Shown: positions 29,301-39,689, counted from the first letter of the stretch. The stretch is DNA of 64,000 bases from Opitutaceae bacterium (GCA_051252375.1 JBPOFY010000004.1:128001-192000); one strand, 5' to 3'. Program-made: numbers and translations. The notes: generated from the letters alone by a model not told the origin.

Positions 29301-32300
29301 CCGGACAGTCGAAGAAGTCTGGTTTAACATCGCCGACAGCGAGGCTGGTAACAACGACTCAGCAACCCAACAACTCAACGGCAACGGCGACGGCTTCGAG
29401 CCATTTACCGACGCCAACCAAAACGGCGTGCGTGACACCGGCGAAGACTTCATCGACCTCAACGGTAATGGAACCTACGACGCCACCACCACAGTCGCTT
29501 GGGCGCAAGCCACTGAAGTGACCGCAAACCCTGCGGTGACCAGCAGCTACCAGAAGGAATGGCGACTGCGCTACAACAACATCCCAGCCTCCGGTAGCGC
29601 AACCATCACCTGCCGACTCATCGAAGCATCCACCTCACGCGATTTCGGACTCGATGCCACCACCGGGCATTACACCGTGCTCACCCGCACGGTCAACACA
29701 GCCGGACCACTCGAACGTATCAACATCGCATGGCCGAAAAGTGACGGCGACCGCATCGACGACAACTACACCATGAAGGTCTACTTCTCCAAGGCGCTGG
29801 CCTCTGGGACAACGACCCCAGATCTCATCGATCGCTTCACATTCCTAGCCAACGACGTGTCTCAAGACCGCTCGGGCTTCACCGTCGATTACGGCGACTT
29901 CGGTGCTGCGAATGCGTATCACGAACTCTCCATCCCACTGCCCAACCTCTACAACGATGTCGACGACTACCTCCACGAACTGAAAGTGGAATACCGTTTT
30001 CCCGCCCCCGACAACCGCGTGCTCACCGCCGTTCGACTAGTTACCGCTGACCCCAGCACCAAACCCTTCGTCAACATCACCCAACCCACCGAACTTGATT
30101 CCGATGGCCAACAGGTCGAAATCATCCTACCCGACGGCCCCGGTCCCGACACCATTGTTTACACCGTGCGCATCAGCACCAGCGCCTCTGTCACCAACCT
30201 CACGCTCACTGGTTCACCCGCCATCACACTGCTCGACGAAACTTATACCGACGCGAACAGTAACGGCACCTTCGACGGCGAAGAACCCTATGTCGATGAC
30301 AACCCAGCCAATGGTCAATACGACGTCGGCGAGACATTCACCGATGTAAATGGTAACACCACATGGGATGCCAACGAACAGCCTTCCCTGATCGATTCCA
30401 ACGGCAACGGCACATGGGACGGCACTGTCTCTAGCACCGTTGGCAAAACAACCACATGGGACTTCCCGTGGAGTATCACCGCAGCTGGCAACTACTTGCT
30501 AACCGCATCGACCGGCGGCATGGATCCGGTCGTCTCGACCCGCAACGCCCGCGTCGTCCTCCGCGAAACCGTCGAGACCGACAACGATGAGAACAACGAC
30601 GATGACGACGATGGACTCATCGACATTGCCGAAACCAACACCACGGATCTCCCAGCGGGCAACTCCGAGACTTGGACCAACGGTGATGTTCACATTTATT
30701 ACGCATCCGGTCGCACTCTGCCGAATACGCCTGACTCCGACGGCGACGGACTACCCGACGGACTCGAAGTCGGCTGGCGCACCGCGACCACTCCACCGAC
30801 CACGCTCACCACCGACACCAACGGCGACGGCTTTCCAAACTTTATTGGCGACCTCGATCCCCCACTCTACGCGGTAGTCGAAAACTCGGGCAGTGTCCCC
30901 GGCGTCGGCTCACAAAGCGCAGGTGACGACCGCACCCGCCAGGCTGCCGGCAGCGTGACCGATCCGAACAAGCCCGACACAGATGGCGATGGACTCCTCG
31001 ACGGTATCGAAGATGCCAACCGCAACGGTTGGACAGACGGTGATGGTGCAAGCCTATCGACCACAGCAGGCATCGGTGACTATACCACCGAACGCCCGAA
31101 CGCAGGCGACTGGCCCGACAACACGATCGACTCATTCGAAACATGGACAGAGACCAGCCCAACCAAAGCCGACTCCGATGAGGACGGACTCACCGACGGC
31201 TACGGAGAAGATAAAAATCTCAACGGCAGTATCGACGGCGACACCAACGGCAATCGCATCTACGACGCCGGGGAAGCATGGACCGAAACCGATCCGCTCA
31301 ATACCGACACCGACGGCGATGGTCTACCCGACGGCTGGGAAGTCCAATACGGACTCGACCCACTTGACAACGGCACCGACGACTTGAGCACCGCTACAGT
31401 TGACGACGGCAATCCGAACAACGGTGCTACAGGCGACCCAGATGCCGACACTATTGACAATGCCACCGAACTTGCGGCGGGCACGAACCCGACACAAATC
31501 ACTGTCATCGGATCTGGTGGCGGCGAAGGCACGATCAACATCGGCACCTTCACCGACTGGAAACACACCGACCTGCTCGCGCTCGATGAATACAACGAAG
31601 GCGGCAGTCAGGGTGCAGATGTTTACCGCACCAACGGCTACGACAATTCGCGAGACATCGTCGCGTTCTCGTTCCGCGATGGCGGCGCAGTCGCCGCAGC
31701 CGGCGACGGCAAAGTCTATTTCCGAATCGATTTCCTCGACCTCATTGCCTACGCCGAACAGGGCGAAATCGATGCCTACATCGTGATCGATACTGGCAAC
31801 CCCAGCACTGGCGAACGCGCCCTACCCGACAATGTCGATATCGCCACCGACATGAAGTGGGAAGTCGTCGTCGCCGCCTATTCGAGTAACTCGGGCAGCG
31901 TCTCCGTCGACCTCAATCGCGCAGTCGCCAACAACACCACGACTGATATACAAAACCCATACGATGCTGCGTTCGGTGTCGAAAGACGCGACGGCGTCGC
32001 GGCCAACGGGCTCAACGCCGTGGCATGGTCGAGTCGCTACGATGCAGTCGAGATCGCAGTGCAACGCCAAGCACTCGAAGATGCCGGCTGGCTCGGCGAC
32101 CCCGCCACACTTAATTTCCAAGTCTTCACCACTCGCGACAGCACAGAGTCAGACGGGGCTGGAGATATTTCCGGACGCAACGACATACGCGATACGATCG
32201 GCAACGACTGGCTCGCCTCCGACTACTGGAAAGATCAGGACAACATCCGGCTCAATGGTAAACTGACCGAATACTACGGACGTTCCAGCGACAACGACCG

Positions 32301-34800
32301 CGGCAAAGCCGCCAAGGTGATGTTCCTCGCCCACGGCAATCAAGCCATGCAACCGGGCAACAAAATCCAGTCGCTCGTCCACGACGGCAGCAACGGCTAC
32401 CTCAGCCTGCTTCAGACCCACGAGGACTATAACGCCCCGCTCTCCCTGCACATCACGGCGACGCTCGCATCTGCTCTGCAGTGGGCACACAATCCAAGCC
32501 CTGGCGCACTCAACGACGGTCCCACATTCAACGACCGCCTTACGGCACTCATCGAGTCGGGGCAACTCGATCTCCTTGGCTCCACATTCTCGGATCATAT
32601 ACCGAAATACTTCTCTTCCGATTTTAACACCTCCAACGTCGATCTCGCGGAAGTGTTCCTCGACACCATCTACGGCGATGGCGCACCGACCGTGTCTCGC
32701 ACCGTATTCTGGGCGCCCGAACGCGTGCTGGATGACGAAACACTCAGCAACATCTCGAGCCTCGGATTCGACTACACCTTCGCCGACCAGTCCCGCCACT
32801 TCCTGAAATGGTTTGGGCGCAGTTCTGCACTCGGCACCGACGGTTTCCGCATCAACGAAGTCAACGGTATCAAGATTTTCCCTATCCACGACACCACCTC
32901 CGCTTACCTCGACGATACGCAGGACGAAGGTTCCTCTCAATCGGTGCGCGAACTGCTCTCACGTCGCGCCCGCAGTTCGACTCAAGATCAAGTCGCCGTC
33001 CTATGGCGCGATCTCGGCGATTTCACCAACAGCGATAAAGCGACCTCCTACGATGCCAATGTTCGCTGGCTCGCCAGCCGTCCATGGATCCGAGTGGTGA
33101 CTGCCAGCCAAATCATCAATGGCGAGATAGACTATATCGGTCTAGACAATGGCACCTACACGACATGGGGCACGATCAACCGTGGCAGCGGACAAAACCT
33201 AGTCCAGAGCGCCAAGGACTGGGTCGATCATGCCACCCAAGAAAACTACGACAACTGGTTCTTCGGATCCGGCAATGAAGAAGGGCTCACCAACCGCAGC
33301 TTCGGTGCGACGACGACCTTCGGTCAAGTTGGCAGTGGCGACGGCAAACACGCCGACACCACGTGGCAAGCGATCGCCGGTCTACCCACTGCAGACGGAT
33401 TATCCGATCTCGCCGTGACGACTTTCCACTCCGCAATGTTCCAGACCGCGTTCCACAACACGGACAACAACGACCTGAGTAAGTTCAGCACCGGCGACTA
33501 CATCTACCCCGACAGCCAGTCAGCACAAACGCTCGCCGACTTTGCCCGGGTCGCTCACGCCCAAACTCGTTTCGCAAATATCTACGCCCGTGTCGATCAA
33601 TGGACTGCCGCTCCACCCGCCACCACCGTCGCCTCCAAAGAGGACATCGACCTCGACGGAACTGATGAATACCTACTCTACAACGCCGAAGCCTTCGCGG
33701 TATTCGAAGCCATCGGCGGACGCATGACAGCCGGCTTCTCGCGCAACGCTCAAACCGGGCACGTGTTCCAGATTATGGGCACACAACCAGGCTTCGCGGG
33801 TTCGGACAACGAAGACGAAGGCACCGCCAATGCATTGGCTGGAGACGTCGCCAGCTTCCGAACTTCCGGCTTCAAAGACTGGTTCGCTCAAGGCAACGGC
33901 GGGGACACTTCACAATACGTTAACGCCACCTATACAGTCACCGCATCTGGCAGTAACGGTTGGACATTCACCTCCTCCGACGGCTACGTAGTCAAAACTA
34001 TCACACTGCCCGACAGCGCGCCACGCCTCGATGCTCAATACACGCTCACTGGCGATGTTAACAAACTCTACGTCCGCATGGGCCTCTCGCCCGACCTCAA
34101 ATCGTTGATGCTTCGCGGCCAAGCCGACCTCTCGTTCAGCCACGACGCAGGCAACAGACGCATCGCATTGTCCAATGCCTTCGCCGAGCCGGTCACTGCC
34201 GCCGTCGAATACACCGCTACCGCCAGCTACAACGACGCCGCCTTCGACGACGACCCAAGCAATGGCGCCGATTGGACGACCGTTGCCATGCGTAACCAGG
34301 CATTCACCCAGCAGGTCGAAATCGAAAATGTCACTGGCCAAACCACCTTCGGGATCAGCCTGAGCATGGACACAGCAGCCACCGACAACGATAACGACGA
34401 CCTACCCAACTGGTGGGAGTTTGACAACAGCCTCGACGCCTACGACGGCACAGGCAGCAACGGCAACGCCGGCAACGACGACGGCGACGCTTACACAAAC
34501 TTTGAAGAATACGTCCTCGGCCTCGACCTGACAGTAGCCGAGTTCAACGGTAAACCACAGGGCCTAGTTGCACCCAATGGCAGTGGTGGCTTCACTGTGA
34601 CCTTCCCCGTTCTCGCGGGAAGAAGTTACCGAATCTGGTATGTCGATAATCTCTTCGGCATTTGGCAGACAGCTGGTGACAGCTTCTCCATCAACGAGGA
34701 CGAACCCGCCCACGTCTTTACCGACGATGGCACACACACCTCGCCAGCTCCAAACACTGTTGATAATCGATTCTACAAAATCGAAATCACACGCCCTTAA
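26380..34800 (+). CDS. Giant secreted multidomain protein: GH13 alpha-amylase domain, Ca-binding Asp-rich repeats, DOMON-like domain, GH57-like domain, C-terminal sorting-like domain
   Basis: GH13: MLQYF, LWLPPP, VGYD, TRYGT, DNIMNH, DGLRLDAVKH, FGEH, NSHD. Many DxDxDG repeats. GH57-like: AHGNQ, GQLDLL, WAPERV, VAVLWRDLGDF, DIDLDGTDEY. Ends RFYKIEITRP. Confidence 0.88.
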   Translation: MSLLSHLTRFHQLSLLLLLLVAGKLCNGEAMLQYFNTDWAEITRKMPELAEAGYSSLWLPPPTKGSGGLSVGYDLWDPFDLGSVDQRNTVRTRYGTEAELLELVKTSHRFGIRVYFDNIMNHRAFDVPGYNENTDIYIYPGMVPEDFHLRVTEDGFYRKWDNTRDWNSAWQVQNLGLADLIDIAHETPNTNFGPNEGDDHPKYSFVRHPNNPEYYCYDSSGTYVGFGNVTQLDMDNNPSAFTEDVGAYLVRNVRWLMDRTKADGLRLDAVKHVPDYFFGQQSGVDKDTSDAGYLGGVQRQFNISRGFSDANHRDSVFETEVGRDDAMVFGEHLGSPPGYSGYWDAGMRLVDNELRSKLNGALGNPSDTLAGLDGSGGGGFSAALGVTHANSHDSDYSAMRQLQHAMYYTREGMGLVYTDGYYQAETLGESGGAFPRHANTAFLGQFADPRIPNLLKIHQDFARGFQQGLWGDADFLAYERRDNRNPDGSARIGSATDEVTMVVMLNDNSASGQARSFSSSFPASAYLYQYATGPDGANQTGFYKFGSELGSVIVPPGGYFVFGYRTPELSTLWPDSAVTLYQDSKEVRQITVTRQDGPDGDEAFNPYGFANRGYPAGETPEPYTYQMSVPVVTSNPLTIIARADGSAEKIWLKLDGGVDLNGGVPAGSGITDPALRDNPPAVRTDTWVGYEEPTFVDRQHPEKFAAVDTSRSQIGSPGAETYNKIIDDAFTIDDAPTGANDFGTNGGLIPSWIFHDPTGTVGGPGGTTGVGDTQYTEGASDITLWAKTNSVGAGFNMFVYYTADGSYPEGAGGIGRGTTQVAALGFQHNEGGDDWWGNATIAKPASGATFRYKIGVYKNGPTIQGSWWPGDAASVAHKKQMLSTFKVENWDPTAAQVHVHADYNSLTTGLAEGFHVIRAKAMLNRDPWAAASLYQTFTQTFYYDAETPQGEVAFPSSDGETVGGSSYEIVVRTDRTVEEVWFNIADSEAGNNDSATQQLNGNGDGFEPFTDANQNGVRDTGEDFIDLNGNGTYDATTTVAWAQATEVTANPAVTSSYQKEWRLRYNNIPASGSATITCRLIEASTSRDFGLDATTGHYTVLTRTVNTAGPLERINIAWPKSDGDRIDDNYTMKVYFSKALASGTTTPDLIDRFTFLANDVSQDRSGFTVDYGDFGAANAYHELSIPLPNLYNDVDDYLHELKVEYRFPAPDNRVLTAVRLVTADPSTKPFVNITQPTELDSDGQQVEIILPDGPGPDTIVYTVRISTSASVTNLTLTGSPAITLLDETYTDANSNGTFDGEEPYVDDNPANGQYDVGETFTDVNGNTTWDANEQPSLIDSNGNGTWDGTVSSTVGKTTTWDFPWSITAAGNYLLTASTGGMDPVVSTRNARVVLRETVETDNDENNDDDDDGLIDIAETNTTDLPAGNSETWTNGDVHIYYASGRTLPNTPDSDGDGLPDGLEVGWRTATTPPTTLTTDTNGDGFPNFIGDLDPPLYAVVENSGSVPGVGSQSAGDDRTRQAAGSVTDPNKPDTDGDGLLDGIEDANRNGWTDGDGASLSTTAGIGDYTTERPNAGDWPDNTIDSFETWTETSPTKADSDEDGLTDGYGEDKNLNGSIDGDTNGNRIYDAGEAWTETDPLNTDTDGDGLPDGWEVQYGLDPLDNGTDDLSTATVDDGNPNNGATGDPDADTIDNATELAAGTNPTQITVIGSGGGEGTINIGTFTDWKHTDLLALDEYNEGGSQGADVYRTNGYDNSRDIVAFSFRDGGAVAAAGDGKVYFRIDFLDLIAYAEQGEIDAYIVIDTGNPSTGERALPDNVDIATDMKWEVVVAAYSSNSGSVSVDLNRAVANNTTTDIQNPYDAAFGVERRDGVAANGLNAVAWSSRYDAVEIAVQRQALEDAGWLGDPATLNFQVFTTRDSTESDGAGDISGRNDIRDTIGNDWLASDYWKDQDNIRLNGKLTEYYGRSSDNDRGKAAKVMFLAHGNQAMQPGNKIQSLVHDGSNGYLSLLQTHEDYNAPLSLHITATLASALQWAHNPSPGALNDGPTFNDRLTALIESGQLDLLGSTFSDHIPKYFSSDFNTSNVDLAEVFLDTIYGDGAPTVSRTVFWAPERVLDDETLSNISSLGFDYTFADQSRHFLKWFGRSSALGTDGFRINEVNGIKIFPIHDTTSAYLDDTQDEGSSQSVRELLSRRARSSTQDQVAVLWRDLGDFTNSDKATSYDANVRWLASRPWIRVVTASQIINGEIDYIGLDNGTYTTWGTINRGSGQNLVQSAKDWVDHATQENYDNWFFGSGNEEGLTNRSFGATTTFGQVGSGDGKHADTTWQAIAGLPTADGLSDLAVTTFHSAMFQTAFHNTDNNDLSKFSTGDYIYPDSQSAQTLADFARVAHAQTRFANIYARVDQWTAAPPATTVASKEDIDLDGTDEYLLYNAEAFAVFEAIGGRMTAGFSRNAQTGHVFQIMGTQPGFAGSDNEDEGTANALAGDVASFRTSGFKDWFAQGNGGDTSQYVNATYTVTASGSNGWTFTSSDGYVVKTITLPDSAPRLDAQYTLTGDVNKLYVRMGLSPDLKSLMLRGQADLSFSHDAGNRRIALSNAFAEPVTAAVEYTATASYNDAAFDDDPSNGADWTTVAMRNQAFTQQVEIENVTGQTTFGISLSMDTAATDNDNDDLPNWWEFDNSLDAYDGTGSNGNAGNDDGDAYTNFEEYVLGLDLTVAEFNGKPQGLVAPNGSGGFTVTFPVLAGRSYRIWYVDNLFGIWQTAGDSFSINEDEPAHVFTDDGTHTSPAPNTVDNRFYKIEITRP

Positions 34801-34808
34801 TTCTCCAG

Positions 34809-37800
34809 ATGAAATACTTCTCACGCATCTCCTGCATCTTTCTTTCTACCGCAGCAGCCCTACAAGCCGCCGGCGTCCTTGAAGTTCGCGCGCAAGGCTA
34901 TGATTTTCGAAGCGCAGAATACACGACGACTCATGTGTTTGTAGATGAAATTGTCGGCACGACCGAGGACATTGAAATCCTCTACAATCTGGACGGCTTT
35001 ACCAATATAACTGACGTCGAAGTTTACACGAACGTGAATCGTCGCGACCTCGCACGAATCGATAAAAACAGCGACAACTATGCCGACGGCATACATCCCG
35101 TCGACGGGAATAGCATAACCGATTCTGCCAGTGATACCGATACCATCACCGGTCACTATTACGCCCCGCTCAACATGACGGATGGCGACTCCAATAATAT
35201 CTGGGAGCTCACCATCCCTGCGTCGAAAACAGGTGCCTATCGTCTAACCGCACGCTTCAAAACGTCCGACTCCATTACCGAAAACAGCAACGACCCGAAC
35301 AACTGGATATGGTATGGTCTGCGTGACCACGCAGTCGTGGTCTCTCCTGTCGATGCACGAGAAGTTCGCCTCTACGAAATCAATGTGTTCAACGTCGAAG
35401 CCAGTGGTGACACTTTCGCACAACGCTCCACTTTCGAAGACCTTCACAATGCAAGTGGCGCTGCACATGCTGCCAACAACCGTTGGGACCTGACCTACCT
35501 CAAAGATCTCGGCATGAATTGGCTCTGGTTCCAACCGATCCACCCGAACGGGATCGACGGTCGCGAGCCAGACGATGGATTTGGCGGCACCGGCTCCCCT
35601 TACGATCCGGGCAGCCCCTATGCCGTGAAGAACTTCTTCGAAGTCAACGAGCTGATGACAATCAACTATAATAGCTCCAACACCATCGCCCAAAAGCGTG
35701 CCGCGTCCATGTTGGCATTTCAAAATTTCGTGACAGCAGCCGACACCGAAGAAGTCGGGGTTATGTTGGACGCCCCCTTCAATCATACCGCCTTTGATGT
35801 TGAACTCGCACAAATCGGCGTAGACCTCTTTGAACCGGACGGCCAAACTTGGAGTGCCACAGACGAGATCCGCAACCGCGACGCACGCTTCTTTTCACGC
35901 GACTACAATCCCGCAGTAGTCGGCGCAAAAGACCCATTCGTTGATGGAGGTGAGAACTACGGTGATCGTGCAACCAATGCTACTGATATTGCTCCTGGTC
36001 CGGACCGTTTTGATTTCGGCAAATGGAACGATGTCAAAGATGTATACTTTGGTCGTTATGATTCACTAGTAGAATACAATGATTTTAACGGATCAGGCAC
36101 AGAAGGCGAAAGCCACAAAAGTGAGGGCGACTGGTTTGATTTCGGAGACTCAGAGTGGACAAGCAATGACTTCACTCGGGACAGCCAGCAGTGGAATACG
36201 ACACGACTCGTCTGGGACTACTTTGCTGAATACGCAGTCTTTTGGTTAGAGCAAACTGGCTACACCGCTGGCACTGCAAAGACCGAAGCGAATCGCCATC
36301 TCGGCATCGATGGGCTACGTTGCGACTTTGGCCAAGGCCTTCCTCCACGTGCATGGGAATACATGATCAACGTCGCACGTCAGCGGAAGTGGAACTTCGT
36401 CATGATGTCGGAATCACTTGACGGTGGCGCGGTCACCTACCGCTCGAATCGACACTTTGATATCCTCAATGAGAACATCACATTCGGTCTGAACTCCGCA
36501 TCCGATAAGTCCGCTTTTCGCGCCATCTTCGATGATCGCCGCAGCGCCTATGGGCAAGGGCTCGTGCTGCTGAACAACACCTCTCACGACGAAGCCACCC
36601 CGAGCGATCCTTGGGAGGCGGTCGTGCGAAGTGCGGCTGTAGGCATGATGGATGGCGCCACAATGATTTTCCCTGGCCAGGAACTCGGCATCGCAGGCAC
36701 CTACGGCTACGACAACTATGAATTGAATTTCGGCAAAAACATCCCTCACTTCAAACGCTGGAACTCCATGATGCCAATTTGGAATGACAGTAACTTCGGC
36801 AACGATCAGCTTTACCCTGTATATGCTGGCATTCAAAACGCACGTAAAAATAGCCCTGCACTGACGAGCTCCAATCGCTGGTTTCTCGATAGCGATAACA
36901 ACAACACTAAAATCTTTGCCGCAGCCAAATACGAAACCGCCTACGCCTCACCGGCGACATCGGACGTCGTGCTCGGATTTGTCAACGTGGACCGCAACAA
37001 CACACACAATGATACCTTCACAATCCCTTCCACGCTCGCTACACTTTTAGGTCTACAAGATGGGCGCACCTACAACGTTAAAAACATTGCAGCATATACC
37101 GAGCAGCAAGCCAATCGACGCGACCTCTGGCTCTGGGGCAGTGGAATCACTGGCGCAAATCTCAAGAGCACCGGCGCTTTCTCCGTAAATCTCTACAAAG
37201 TGCCCACCGCGAACTCCACCTGGATCGCGGAACCCTACGAGGCTCAATACCTGAAAGTTTACGACGTCACGCCACCACCTGCGCCCACACAGCCCGCCAA
37301 CTCGACTGGCCAGAGTTACGTCTTTAGTGATGAAGTGACCTTCAATTGGAGTGCGTCTCCATCGAACACCGCCGACGACAATATCGCATCATACAAAATA
37401 GTGATCAAACAAGTCAGCGACGACGCAATCGTCTTCCAGGGAAATGTCGGTGATGTGAATACCTACGAATACACCGGCTCACATGGAGACGACCTCTACG
37501 CAATTGTGATCCCTGTCAGCGTTGCCAATATCGAAGGATCATCTAGCGCAGCCAGCAGCTCGGTAGAGCTCATCGACCCCGCCGGCGATGAAGATAGCGA
37601 CGGCATGGATAACGCCTCTGAAGTCATTGCAGGCACAGACCCATTCAACAGTGGCTCCTTACTTAAAATCATCGAAGCTGCTCCGAATAATTCTAACTTC
37701 TTCACAATCTCATGGCCGAGTGTTCTCAATATCACATACGGCATTCAATCCAAAGAAGAGCTCTCTGCGATGATATGGGACACTGAAGAAACTGGTCTAG

Positions 37801-37895
37801 TTGGAACCGGCAACCAGATGTATTGGTCAGACCCAGAAGCGATGGACTCTGAGACGCTACTTACAAAATTTTATCGAGTTATTGTTGTTCAGTAG
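34809..37895 (+). CDS. Secreted GH13-family enzyme (atypical subfamily) with FN3-like and C-terminal sorting-like domains
   Basis: Signal peptide; LWFQPIHP, GSPYAVKN, DAPFNHT, DGLRCDFGQG, MSESLDG, NTSHDE; ends KFYRVIVVQ. Confidence 0.85.
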   Translation: MKYFSRISCIFLSTAAALQAAGVLEVRAQGYDFRSAEYTTTHVFVDEIVGTTEDIEILYNLDGFTNITDVEVYTNVNRRDLARIDKNSDNYADGIHPVDGNSITDSASDTDTITGHYYAPLNMTDGDSNNIWELTIPASKTGAYRLTARFKTSDSITENSNDPNNWIWYGLRDHAVVVSPVDAREVRLYEINVFNVEASGDTFAQRSTFEDLHNASGAAHAANNRWDLTYLKDLGMNWLWFQPIHPNGIDGREPDDGFGGTGSPYDPGSPYAVKNFFEVNELMTINYNSSNTIAQKRAASMLAFQNFVTAADTEEVGVMLDAPFNHTAFDVELAQIGVDLFEPDGQTWSATDEIRNRDARFFSRDYNPAVVGAKDPFVDGGENYGDRATNATDIAPGPDRFDFGKWNDVKDVYFGRYDSLVEYNDFNGSGTEGESHKSEGDWFDFGDSEWTSNDFTRDSQQWNTTRLVWDYFAEYAVFWLEQTGYTAGTAKTEANRHLGIDGLRCDFGQGLPPRAWEYMINVARQRKWNFVMMSESLDGGAVTYRSNRHFDILNENITFGLNSASDKSAFRAIFDDRRSAYGQGLVLLNNTSHDEATPSDPWEAVVRSAAVGMMDGATMIFPGQELGIAGTYGYDNYELNFGKNIPHFKRWNSMMPIWNDSNFGNDQLYPVYAGIQNARKNSPALTSSNRWFLDSDNNNTKIFAAAKYETAYASPATSDVVLGFVNVDRNNTHNDTFTIPSTLATLLGLQDGRTYNVKNIAAYTEQQANRRDLWLWGSGITGANLKSTGAFSVNLYKVPTANSTWIAEPYEAQYLKVYDVTPPPAPTQPANSTGQSYVFSDEVTFNWSASPSNTADDNIASYKIVIKQVSDDAIVFQGNVGDVNTYEYTGSHGDDLYAIVIPVSVANIEGSSSAASSSVELIDPAGDEDSDGMDNASEVIAGTDPFNSGSLLKIIEAAPNNSNFFTISWPSVLNITYGIQSKEELSAMIWDTEETGLVGTGNQMYWSDPEAMDSETLLTKFYRVIVVQ

Positions 37896-37961
37896 CCAAA
37901 AGAGCTAAAGGCAGGTATGCCTCCATACGAAAATTAGTTCTCTGCCCAACTGTGTTTATCC

Positions 37962-39689
37962 GTGATTAGAAAAGTCCTTTACCTATGCCTACTGGCGCTG
38001 GCTACACACGCCCACGCAAGCACGCCTGACTGGGCGAAGGATGTCATTTGGTATCAAATATTCCCGGAGCGTTTTGCCAACGGAGACCGGACAAACGACC
38101 CCACCCGCGCATCGTTAACAGATCCAAATCGAGTCACACAAAAATGGCAGGTCATGGACTGGAACGCACCGTGGACCGACCGGGCGGAATGGGAGAAAGA
38201 AATGACCCCATATTTTCACGACTCACTACAGCATCGACGCTATGGAGGTGATCTCCAGGGAATCATTGATCGACTCGATTACCTGCAAAATCTGGGAATT
38301 ACAGGTATTTACCTAAACCCGATCTTTTACGCCAACTCACTCCATAAATACGACGGCAACTGCTTTCATCATATTGACCCCCACTTCGGGCCCGACCCTG
38401 CTGGCGACCTAAAGCTGATGGAGCATGAAACAACGGATCCAAAGACCTGGCAATCCACCGCGGCCGATAGACTCTTCATCAAGCTAATCAGAGATGCTCG
38501 AAGACGCGGCATCCGTATCATCATCGACGGAGTCTGGAATCACACCGGACGCGACTTCTTCGGCTTCACCGACCTCCTTAAAAATGGATACACTTCTCCA
38601 TACGCCGATTGGTTCGACATCATCTCCTTCGACTACCCCGACACCCCTGAAAATGAATTCGATTACAGAGGCTGGCACGGCTTCAAAAGTTTACCCATCT
38701 TCGCCAACCACGCCTCAGGTCGAAACCTAGCCGATGGTCCCAAGCAATACATCTTCGATGCGACTCGACGCTGGATGGACCCAAATGGAGACGGCAACCC
38801 AAACGACGGTGTCGATGGCTGGCGCCTCGATGTAGCCGAAGAGCTCCCGCATGGCTTTTGGCAAGAGTGGCACGCATACATCCGTGAAATCAATCCCGAG
38901 GTCTTCACCTCCGCCGAAATTTGGGGCAGTGCGAGTCAATACCTTCAAGACACAAACTTTAGCTCTGCGATGAACTACCGTGGCTTTGCGATCCCCGTCA
39001 AAGGCTGGCTGATCGACGGTAAAACCAGTGCGAGTGATTTTGCCTACAGGTTAGAAACAGAGCAATCCAGTCATAGTGGAGAAACCGCCTATGTCCTGCA
39101 AAACCTAATCGATTCGCACGATACGCAACGCGTCGCCTCAGCGATCGCCAACCGAAATACCTTTCCGTGGTATAAAAACGCCGATTCGTTTGACTACGAC
39201 GACGGCGAACGCGTCAACGCGCGCACCGAAGGCTACAACAATGAATCACCCGATGAAGCAGGTCGCCGCATCTGGAAAATGCTCGCCCTGTTTCAAGCCA
39301 CCTATGTCGGCGCACCGATGATCTACTACGGAACCGCAGCCGGCATGTGGGGAGCGGACGACCCGGACGATCGCATGCCCATGCGTTGGGATAACATCGA
39401 CCGAGACATCTACTACACTTACCGCACGACATTAGCCTTACGCCGCCAATACACCGCGCTCCGCAGAGGGAGCTTCAAAGTCCTGGAGACTAGAGATGAA
39501 TCGCAAGTATTCGCCTTCGAACGAATGCACAACGACGATCGCTTCGTTATCGTGCTCAATCGAGGCAACGAGGAGGCCACGCTCGGCACCGATTATCTAA
39601 AAGGGCTAACGAAAATCTATGCGACGGACGATCGGGCATCCACAAAACGCCTCCCTCCCCTCAGTGGTGCCATTTTCGGCACAGATTAG
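37962..39689 (+). CDS. GH13 neopullulanase/cyclomaltodextrinase-like enzyme with signal peptide
   Basis: PDWAKDVIWYQIFPERFANGD, YGGDLQG, HKYD, DGVWNHTG, DGWRLDVA, AEIW, DSHD and DPDDR motifs; GTG start. Confidence 0.9.
   Translation: MIRKVLYLCLLALATHAHASTPDWAKDVIWYQIFPERFANGDRTNDPTRASLTDPNRVTQKWQVMDWNAPWTDRAEWEKEMTPYFHDSLQHRRYGGDLQGIIDRLDYLQNLGITGIYLNPIFYANSLHKYDGNCFHHIDPHFGPDPAGDLKLMEHETTDPKTWQSTAADRLFIKLIRDARRRGIRIIIDGVWNHTGRDFFGFTDLLKNGYTSPYADWFDIISFDYPDTPENEFDYRGWHGFKSLPIFANHASGRNLADGPKQYIFDATRRWMDPNGDGNPNDGVDGWRLDVAEELPHGFWQEWHAYIREINPEVFTSAEIWGSASQYLQDTNFSSAMNYRGFAIPVKGWLIDGKTSASDFAYRLETEQSSHSGETAYVLQNLIDSHDTQRVASAIANRNTFPWYKNADSFDYDDGERVNARTEGYNNESPDEAGRRIWKMLALFQATYVGAPMIYYGTAAGMWGADDPDDRMPMRWDNIDRDIYYTYRTTLALRRQYTALRRGSFKVLETRDESQVFAFERMHNDDRFVIVLNRGNEEATLGTDYLKGLTKIYATDDRASTKRLPPLSGAIFGTD

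Noticed and set aside
29390..31500. Repetitive GAC/GGC-rich DNA suggesting a CRISPR or nucleotide repeat array
   Set aside because: It is protein-level Asp/Gly Ca-binding repeats within an open frame, with no identical repeats and spacers. No CRISPR array or cas gene was seen in the window.
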